The position numbers and the translations under genes were made by a program. From Clostridia bacterium (lineage in GTDB: Bacteria; Bacillota; Clostridia; RGIG7378): a stretch of 64,000 bases of DNA. The stretch covers positions 1,908-65,907 of the forward strand of contig JAFYSJ010000026.1 in the NCBI GenBank assembly GCA_017559445.1, read 5' to 3'. Under the pieces are notes generated by a model that saw nothing but the letters and a program-made list of their open reading frames with translations, was not told where the DNA came from and made no database searches. Positions 57,181 to 64,000 of this stretch are shown here, piece by piece (the first letter of the stretch is position 1; the number at the start of each line of letters is the position of its first letter).

Positions 57181-57948
57181 TTATAATCCCGGTATTATGT
57201 TTCCACCGCATACAGGCAAGTACACGCCTGTTATGTAGCTTGCCAAGTCAGATGCTAAGAAGCATACTGCGTTGGAGATGTCCTGATCTGTGCCTCTGCG
57301 TCTAAGTGGGACGTTATCGTCGTAGGAGGGGCATTTCTCAGTGCCGTTTTGTCTATCTCTATCTGTAATAGTCCATCCAGGGGCCACCTGGTTAACGGTT
57401 ATGTTGTATTGACCAACTTCTTTAGCCAATACCCTAAGCATGCCATCCATTCCACGTTTGCCTGCCACATATGCGCTCTGTGTAGGGAAGGCCTGTACAG
57501 AACACTCTGTGTTAATGGCAATAAATCTACCCCAATTTAGCTTCTGCATATTTGGAATGAAGGCCTTTGCCATGCAGACGTTCTGCATAACACATGTGCG
57601 GAACTGACTTTCGTAATCCTTTAAGTCCTGTTCCAAAACTGTGGTCCAATCGTACTGGGCAACAGCTGCGTTTACTACAATATCTACAGTGCCCAACTTT
57701 TCTTCGATAATATCCCTCATGGCTTCTGCAGAACCAAGGTCTGAAGTATCGGCCTGGACTGCAATTGCCTGTCCACCCATGGACTTAATGTCCTCAACAA
57801 CTTTGTTAGCCATTTCACTATTGCTGTGGTAGTGGACTGCCACTTTTGCGCCAGCCAGGGCAAGTGTACGTGAAATAACTCTGCCAATGTATCCAGAACC
57901 GCCAGTGACAACTGCCACGTGACCTGACAAATCAATTTTGATGGACAT
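57181..57948 (-). CDS. SDR family oxidoreductase
   Basis: TGGSGYIG, YVAGK, PLRRRG. Confidence 0.88.
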   Translation of the reverse strand: MSIKIDLSGHVAVVTGGSGYIGRVISRTLALAGAKVAVHYHSNSEMANKVVEDIKSMGGQAIAVQADTSDLGSAEAMRDIIEEKLGTVDIVVNAAVAQYDWTTVLEQDLKDYESQFRTCVMQNVCMAKAFIPNMQKLNWGRFIAINTECSVQAFPTQSAYVAGKRGMDGMLRVLAKEVGQYNITVNQVAPGWTITDRDRQNGTEKCPSYDDNVPLRRRGTDQDISNAVCFLASDLASYITGVYLPVCGGNIIPGL

Positions 57949-58051
57949 TTTGTCCTCCTCGCATTTTTGTAATCATTATACCAAAACTACATATTGTAAT
58001 AACAGTCTTAAGTTTCACATATATGAATGCGCAAAACGCAGGGGGGTCCAC

Positions 58052-58264
58052 ATGGATAATCTGGAGAGAGTGGTTGGTGAAGGGTATATTAGGGAGTTTG
58101 CCAAGCACAACACTACGGTGTACGGCGACATAATGCACAAGTATTACATAGACGGCATGTCTCTTAAGGAAATATCTTTGCATTTGTTACTCCCGGAAAA
58201 TCAGGTAGATCAAATGCTCAAGGAAGCCAGAAGTCAAGTTGTGGTTTTTCTTATGGGCAAATAG
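58052..58264 (+). CDS. Small sigma-region-4-like HTH protein
   Basis: YYIDGMSLKEIS...V...L..AR pattern; G-rich RBS. Confidence 0.5.
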   Translation: MDNLERVVGEGYIREFAKHNTTVYGDIMHKYYIDGMSLKEISLHLLLPENQVDQMLKEARSQVVVFLMGK

Positions 58265-58295
58265 AGAATAACTAATATTTAACAGGTAAAAATAA

Positions 58296-60503
58296 ATGGG
58301 AAAGAATACTACCGAGGATTTCATGGCCAAGAGATTGTCTGCACAGGCAGCGGCAGCCATAGACGGCGCAAAGGAATGTGCAGTTTCCTTGGGACACAGA
58401 TATTTAGGCACAGAGCATTTGCTGGCTGGCATGTTGAGAATTAGGGACAGCAGGGCAGCTAAACTTCTCCGTAGGTTTAACGTGGAGGAGGACAAAGTTA
58501 TTGCTGGCATTCGCGACACAATAGGCATTGGCAATTACCAGGGGGAACTGATCGGTTACACTCCCAGAGTTAAGGACGTCTTTGATATGTCAATGGACAT
58601 GGCTCAGGAGGGCACAGGAATCATCGACACAGAGGTGCTGTTGAGTGCTATTTTGCTGGACAAAGATAGTCTTGCCACTGCATTACTCAGGCGAATGGAT
58701 GTAAATGTTGGTGTCCTTTTGGTGGAGTTATCTAAGGGAGGGAAATTGGCAAAGACAGAAGAAAAACAAAGGACAGTGGTGGAGACACCTCTGCTTAACA
58801 AAATAGCTAGGGACCTTACAGCCATGGCTGCAAAAGGTGAGGTGGACCCATGTATTGGCAGGGATATTGAGCTTGCCAGGATGATTAGAGTGCTGTGCCG
58901 CAGATCCAAAAACAACCCTTGTTTAGTAGGCGAGCCTGGAGTCGGCAAGACGGCAATTGTAGAGGGTTTAGCAGATATGATCGTTAAAAATCGTGTACCA
59001 ACATGCCTTATGGGATACAGGATTTATTCTCTAGACATGGCATCTGTTGTGGCTGGCTCCAAATACAGAGGCGAGTTCGAAGAAAAGATTAAGAAGATAC
59101 TTGATGAGGTAAAAGCAGCCCAAAACATTATTTTGTTCATAGATGAGGTCCATACAATTTTGGGAGCAGGCGGCGCTGAGGGTGCCATTGATGCATCTAA
59201 CATCATGAAACCCATAATGGCCAGAGGCGAGATAAGGATAATCGGCGCAACAACCTTTGATGAGTACAAGAAGACCATCGAAAAGGACGGAGCTTTGGAT
59301 AGAAGATTTCAGAAAATCCAGGTTAGAGAACCTAGCATTTTAGAGACAATGGATATCTTGAATGGACTCAGAGACACTTACGAAAGGTATCACGGAATTA
59401 GAATTTCAGATGAGGCCATTAAGGCTGCTGCAGAACTGTCTGCAAGATATATGACAGGACGATATTTGCCAGACAAGGCCATTGATTTGATGGATGAATC
59501 TGCCGCAAAGGTGGCTATAGAGGGAATGGGAGTGGTAACCTGGCAGGATGTGGCAGAGATGTGCAGTAACTCCACAGGCATTCCGGTGGGGTCCTTAGAC
59601 GGAAAAGAACAGCTCCATTTGATGTCCATGGAGGCTAGATTGTCCCAAAAAATATTGGGACAGGAAAAGGCTATTTCCAAGGTGTGCGCATGCATTAGGA
59701 GAAGCAGAGCCGGAATCCGTGCTAAGGGAAGGCCCTCTGCGGTTCTTATGTTCCTAGGAACCACAGGCGTTGGCAAGACGGAACTTGCTAAGGCCTTGGC
59801 AACTGAGCTTGGGTATGGCTCTAGCCTGATCCGAGTGGACATGACAGAATACAAGGAGAAACACAGTGTTTCTAAGCTGATTGGTTCACCTCCAGGATAC
59901 GTGGGCCACGAAGGAGGGGGCATGCTGGTTGAAAAGGTTAGACGTAACCCTTATTCTGTAGTGCTTTTTGACGAGGTGGATAAGGCCTGTGACGATGTAA
60001 GAGATTTGCTACTAACCATAATGGATGAGGGACGACTTACAGATTCCCAAGGCAGGGAGGCCGACTTTACCAATACCGTAATAATAATGACGGCAAACCA
60101 CTCCAAGGATACGTGCGGCTCCATAGGATTTGGCGAAGGTCAGGAGAGTAAGTATAGGCTGGGAGCGGGATTTTCCAAGGAGTTTATTGCCAGAATTGAC
60201 GAGGTCATAACCTTTGAAACACCGACAGAGGCTACCCTTAGAAATATTGCCCGACTTAGGCTTTCGGAACTTAAGGCAAGATTGGCCGAAGAGGGATGCC
60301 AGGTGGAGTTTTCAGAAGAACTATCTAGCACAATTGCGATGGAAAGCTATGCGCGCCACCAAGGGGCAAGACCAGTTGCAGAAATCATGAGGACCATGGT
60401 GGAGAATCCATTGGCTGATTTGATCCTGTCAGGCAGAAATATTGGGGAAACAATTACTTTCCCACTGCAGGAGGAAGAGGTCAAAATAGCAGTTAAAAAC
60501 TAG
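58296..60503 (+). CDS. Clp protease ATP-binding subunit (ClpC/ClpA-like, no M-domain)
   Basis: Clp-N repeats, GEPGVGKT, IDEVH, GTTGVGKT, GSPPGYVG, FDEVDK, IGF loop. Confidence 0.9.
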   Translation: MGKNTTEDFMAKRLSAQAAAAIDGAKECAVSLGHRYLGTEHLLAGMLRIRDSRAAKLLRRFNVEEDKVIAGIRDTIGIGNYQGELIGYTPRVKDVFDMSMDMAQEGTGIIDTEVLLSAILLDKDSLATALLRRMDVNVGVLLVELSKGGKLAKTEEKQRTVVETPLLNKIARDLTAMAAKGEVDPCIGRDIELARMIRVLCRRSKNNPCLVGEPGVGKTAIVEGLADMIVKNRVPTCLMGYRIYSLDMASVVAGSKYRGEFEEKIKKILDEVKAAQNIILFIDEVHTILGAGGAEGAIDASNIMKPIMARGEIRIIGATTFDEYKKTIEKDGALDRRFQKIQVREPSILETMDILNGLRDTYERYHGIRISDEAIKAAAELSARYMTGRYLPDKAIDLMDESAAKVAIEGMGVVTWQDVAEMCSNSTGIPVGSLDGKEQLHLMSMEARLSQKILGQEKAISKVCACIRRSRAGIRAKGRPSAVLMFLGTTGVGKTELAKALATELGYGSSLIRVDMTEYKEKHSVSKLIGSPPGYVGHEGGGMLVEKVRRNPYSVVLFDEVDKACDDVRDLLLTIMDEGRLTDSQGREADFTNTVIIMTANHSKDTCGSIGFGEGQESKYRLGAGFSKEFIARIDEVITFETPTEATLRNIARLRLSELKARLAEEGCQVEFSEELSSTIAMESYARHQGARPVAEIMRTMVENPLADLILSGRNIGETITFPLQEEEVKIAVKN

Positions 60504-60582
60504 GATATTGACAGTGAAAACAAGGTGAGTAATAATGTTCATCGCACAGGAGAAAATTCTCCTAAAAACATCAAAAAAGTAT

Positions 60583-60611
60583 TTGACATCTTTACCTGCA
60601 TGCTATATAAT
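60583..60611 (+). promoter_or_regulatory. Consensus sigma-A promoter of the infC operon
   Basis: TTGACA (60583) - 17 bp - TATAAT (60606). Confidence 0.85.
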
Positions 60612-60619
60612 GCTTGCGC

Positions 60620-60745
60620 ACGAAGTAGAAGGCTCCTTCTCACCTGCATGCATTTGAGCTTTGCGGGTATAGAATTTCAGATCATTCCATTACGGATTAC
60701 ACTGATACGAGCCGACTTTGCGCGGCTCTTATTTTATTTTTCGGA
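60620..60745 (+). ncRNA. Ribosomal protein L20 leader
   Basis: AAGTAGAAGGCTCCTTCTCACC 5' motif, downstream GAGCCG...CGGCTC hairpin with T-run, upstream of infC-rpmI-rplT. Confidence 0.7.
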
Positions 60746-60791
60746 CAGACGTGAGCAGAAGGCCACGATCGCGAATTGGAGGTGTGTTACA

Positions 60792-61307
60792 ATAGCTAAC
60801 AAAGAAGTGATGTTGAACGAGGAGATTAGATTACCCGAGGTACGAGTAATTGATACTGACGGTACTCCATTGGGTTTCATGTCATCTGACGAGGCAAATG
60901 ACTTGGCAGCAGACAGAGATCTGGATCTGGTGTTGATAGCGCCTAATGCTACCCCACCAGTTTGCAAGATCATGGACTACAGCAAATATCTGTTCGAACA
61001 AACAAAGAAAGAGAAAGAAGCTCGTAAGAACCAGAAGGTTGTTGAGATCAAAGAGGTTAAGCTTTCCCCAAAGATTGAGCAGCATGACTTTGACGTAAGA
61101 GTTAAGGCAGCTACTAAGTTCCTCAAGGAGGGCAATAAGGTTAAGGCTTCTATCCGTTTCAAGGGTAGAGCTATCCAGTATACCAACATGGGCATGGAGG
61201 TTATGAACCAGTTCTATGAGGCTTTGGCTGACATAGCAGTTCAGGACAAGAAGCCTTCTCTCGATGGCCGTAACATGTTTATGATGCTTAGCGCAAAGAA
61301 AGATTAA
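60792..61307 (+). CDS. infC: Translation initiation factor IF-3 (ATA start)
   Basis: [27 protein letters not shown]; in-frame ATA 7 nt after GGAGGTG. Confidence 0.93.
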   Translation: MANKEVMLNEEIRLPEVRVIDTDGTPLGFMSSDEANDLAADRDLDLVLIAPNATPPVCKIMDYSKYLFEQTKKEKEARKNQKVVEIKEVKLSPKIEQHDFDVRVKAATKFLKEGNKVKASIRFKGRAIQYTNMGMEVMNQFYEALADIAVQDKKPSLDGRNMFMMLSAKKD

Positions 61308-61330
61308 TCAATATCAGGAGGTGGCGTAAA

Positions 61331-61531
61331 ATGCCAAAGATGAAGACACACAGCGCTTCCAAGAAGAGATTCAAGGTTACAGGAAGCGGCAAGATTAAGA
61401 TGGGACAGGCTTTCCGTAGCCATCGTTTGTCCAGCAAGCCACGTAAGACAAAGAAGCAGCACAGATCTACTGCATATGCATCCCCTGCAGACGCAGCAAG
61501 AGTAAAGCAGTTGATTCCTTACGCAAAGTAA
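61331..61531 (+). CDS. rpmI: 50S ribosomal protein L35
   Basis: MPKMKTH...[10 protein letters not shown]. Confidence 0.97.
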   Translation: MPKMKTHSASKKRFKVTGSGKIKMGQAFRSHRLSSKPRKTKKQHRSTAYASPADAARVKQLIPYAK

Positions 61532-61549
61532 TCTTGGAGGTAATAAGAA

Positions 61550-61903
61550 ATGGCAAGAGTTAAGGGCGGAGTTAGAACTCACGCAAAGCATAAGAAGATT
61601 CTTAAGATGGCTAAGGGTTATTACTTGGCTAAGAGCACACAGTACAGAATTGCAAACCAGGCAGTTATGAAGTCCTTGGTTTATGCTTACAGAGACAGAA
61701 GACAAAAGAAGAGAGATTTCAGAAACCTTTGGATCGCTCGTATCAATGCAGCAGCAAGACTTAACGGTCTTAGCTACTCTAAGTTCATCTGCGGCCTCAA
61801 GAAGGCAGGCGTTGAGCTTAACAGAAAGGTTTTGGCTGACATGGCTGTTAACGATGCAGCAGGCTTCGCAAAGCTTGTTGAGATTGCTAAGGCAGCAAAC
61901 TAA
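61550..61903 (+). CDS. rplT: 50S ribosomal protein L20
   Basis: [29 protein letters not shown]. Confidence 0.97.
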   Translation: MARVKGGVRTHAKHKKILKMAKGYYLAKSTQYRIANQAVMKSLVYAYRDRRQKKRDFRNLWIARINAAARLNGLSYSKFICGLKKAGVELNRKVLADMAVNDAAGFAKLVEIAKAAN

Positions 61904-61916
61904 TTTAATCGAGTAT

Positions 61917-62723
61917 ATGCGTATATTAGAGATTACTTCTGAGAATAACTCCATATACAAAAAGCTCAAAAGCATTAAGGACAAAAAAGGCCGCGAACAA
62001 CACGGCCTTTTTTTCATTGAAGGACGAAGATTTGTAGCAGAAGCCATTCAGAGAAATGTTGGAATCGACATTTTGTGCATGGGACAGAAGTACTACGACA
62101 GATTCGGACAGGAGCTTGTGGAGCTTTATGGTGATCAGTTATCCAATACAACTTGGGTGCTGTTGTCTGACAAGCTCATGGATGGCTTGACAGATACAGT
62201 TAGCGACCAGGGTTTGTGTGCAGCTGTAGAGATACCTGCTAACAAGCCAGTGCCCACAGAGGGCAGACAGTTCTATGTGCTTTTGGATAAGTTGCAGGAC
62301 CCAGGTAATTTGGGAACCATTATTAGAACATGCCATGCAGCAGGTGCAACAGGCATTGTTTTGGGCAACCAGTGCGTAGATCCATACAATACTAAGACAT
62401 TGCGTTCCACCATGGGATCCATCTTTGCTTTGAACATTCACAGGGTTAAGGATTTGGCCCAGAAGATTGGCGAAATGCGTCAGGATGGTTACGATATTTA
62501 CGCAGCAGCACTTGAAAATGGCAGACCATATACACAGCTTAAGCTTTGGGAGCCGGAGAAGGTTGCTATTGTAATTGGCAATGAAGGAAATGGCGTTTCC
62601 CAGGAGGTTATAGATGCCTGCACAGGTAACGTGTATATCCCTATGCCAGGTGGCTCAGAGTCTCTTAATGCCTCTGCAGCAGCATCTATTTTGATTTACG
62701 AGAGAATAAGACAGGAGATTTAA
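61917..62723 (+). CDS. TrmH/SpoU-family RNA methyltransferase
   Basis: QDPGNLGTIIRT, GNEGNGVS, IPMPG.SESLNA; ATG at 61917. Confidence 0.9.
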   Translation: MRILEITSENNSIYKKLKSIKDKKGREQHGLFFIEGRRFVAEAIQRNVGIDILCMGQKYYDRFGQELVELYGDQLSNTTWVLLSDKLMDGLTDTVSDQGLCAAVEIPANKPVPTEGRQFYVLLDKLQDPGNLGTIIRTCHAAGATGIVLGNQCVDPYNTKTLRSTMGSIFALNIHRVKDLAQKIGEMRQDGYDIYAAALENGRPYTQLKLWEPEKVAIVIGNEGNGVSQEVIDACTGNVYIPMPGGSESLNASAAASILIYERIRQEI

Positions 62724-62724
62724 G

Positions 62725-63342
62725 GTGTCTAGAATTTGCTACATTTTCGCAGCTGGCCAGTGGGATGGCTCAGGCGTTTCGCCAGTTAAGGGTGACTATG
62801 TTATTGCTGCAGATGCTGGATATTTGCATCTCAAGCAGCTTGGAATTAAGCCGGACTTAATCGTTGGAGACATGGATTCTTTGGACGAGGCACCAGCTGG
62901 CGTACAGATTACCAAGTACCCATCTGTTAAGGATGATACAGACACATTGTTGGCTGTTAAGATTGGTTTGGACAAGGGATACAAGGAGTTCCGCATTTTC
63001 GCTGGAACAGGCGGTAGATTGGACCACACCATCGCAAATTTGCAGGTGCTTCAGTACATCTCTAGAAGAGGTGGCCAGGGTTATTTGGTTTCAAATAAGC
63101 AGGTTATTACTGCAATTACCAACGATACAATGCGCTTCCCTAAGAACTGCTATGACACAGTGTCTATTTTTGCCCTTGGCGAAACGGCAGAGGGTGTAAG
63201 CATTAGCGGAATGGAATACTCTCTCCGAAATGCTCAGATGGACCCATACTATCCAATTGGAGTTAGCAACAAGTTGGTGGGAAAGAGTGCCACAGTTTCA
63301 GTGAAAAGGGGAACTTTGGTCATTATTTGGACTAGACAGTAG
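62725..63342 (+). CDS. thiN: Thiamine pyrophosphokinase
   Basis: AADAG, VGDMDS, KDDTD, GGRLDH, GVSN. Confidence 0.92.
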   Translation: MSRICYIFAAGQWDGSGVSPVKGDYVIAADAGYLHLKQLGIKPDLIVGDMDSLDEAPAGVQITKYPSVKDDTDTLLAVKIGLDKGYKEFRIFAGTGGRLDHTIANLQVLQYISRRGGQGYLVSNKQVITAITNDTMRFPKNCYDTVSIFALGETAEGVSISGMEYSLRNAQMDPYYPIGVSNKLVGKSATVSVKRGTLVIIWTRQ

Positions 63343-63419
63343 TCCAAGGTTGTTATGTGATTTGTCGATGATATATAATGGGACAAATTGCATTTAGCAC
63401 CAAATTGTTTGGAGGAATT

Positions 63420-63662
63420 ATGCGTATAGACAAGTACCTTAAGGTATCTAGAATCATAAAGCGTAGAACAGTTGCCCAGGAGGCCTGTGATGGAGGCAGA
63501 GTTTCCATTAACGGCAAGGTGGCTAAGCCTTCTACCGAGGTTAAGGTGGGCGACATCTTAGAGATTAGATTTGGTAACGGTTGTACCAAGGCTAAGGTTG
63601 TGGCAGTGGCAGAGCATATGCCTAAGGACGGAGCCACAGGAATGTACGAGATTATAGATTAA
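63420..63662 (+). CDS. rqcP: S4-domain RNA-binding protein (YabO/RqcP)
   Basis: MRIDKYLKVSRIIKRRTVAQEACD.GRV; ATG at 63420 after GGAGG. Confidence 0.88.
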   Translation: MRIDKYLKVSRIIKRRTVAQEACDGGRVSINGKVAKPSTEVKVGDILEIRFGNGCTKAKVVAVAEHMPKDGATGMYEIID

Positions 63663-64000
63663 TGTCAGTACACGAGGGTCACCGTAGCAGAGTGATTAAC
63701 AAGTTTTTGACTCAAGGCTTAGATACATTTAATGAGCATCAGGCGCTGGAGTTGCTGTTATTCTTCGCCGTCCCTCGAATCGACACAAATCAACTATCTC
63801 ATATCATAATCGACACATTTGGTAGCCTAGGTAATGCCATGGACGCTCCGGTGGAGGAACTAGTTAAAATTCCAGGGGTTGGCAATCACACGGCTACTTT
63901 GATCAAGTTAATACCCCAAATGGCGAGACATTACGAGCTCAGCAAGCTTAAACATGGCGTTGTCCTAGATAGTCGCGAGCGGGCAGGAGAGTATTGTGTT
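63662..64000 (+). CDS. radC: RadC/UPF0758 family protein (5' part, truncated by the window)
   Basis: Hand translation MSVHEGHRSRV...EHQALELLLFFAVPRIDTN...FGSL...IPGVG. Confidence 0.85.
   Translation, partial: MSVHEGHRSRVINKFLTQGLDTFNEHQALELLLFFAVPRIDTNQLSHIIIDTFGSLGNAMDAPVEELVKIPGVGNHTATLIKLIPQMARHYELSKLKHGVVLDSRERAGEYCV

Overview
64 kb of chromosome from an anaerobic Bacillota (Clostridia-like) bacterium, judged from gene content (sigma-A promoters, GGAGG RBSs, hfs hydrogenase operon, infC-rpmI-rplT). All product calls come from reading motifs in the translations; no database searches were run. Housekeeping and metabolic genes (NCS2 permease, Na/Pi transporter-PhoP/PhoR, MATE, ene-reductase with aconitase X, hfsABCD, pepF, Clp ATPase, infC-rpmI-rplT, thiN, radC) are interleaved with accessory modules. 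These are a type I RM locus carrying a TIR protein and an apparent degenerate MTase/TRD-HEPN fusion, an AbiE-type toxin-antitoxin pair, a TIR-HAD fusion, an AAA+DUF4143-like gene bracketed by 37-bp direct repeats, and a Tad/Flp pilus cluster. The most unusual signal is non-coding. Three arrays (19320-19550, 22137-22443, 39422-39522) consist of a conserved 8-9 bp TAGT(G)-linker alternating with a small shared vocabulary of perfect mini-hairpins, mostly cGNAg loops, in shuffled order. A related ~210-bp structured element built on TAGTG heptamers occurs as an inverted pair (39523-39730, 41542-41760) around a macrodomain-vWA cassette; its core is flipped relative to an identical RBS-bearing flank. 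No transposase, integrase or cas gene is present in the window.
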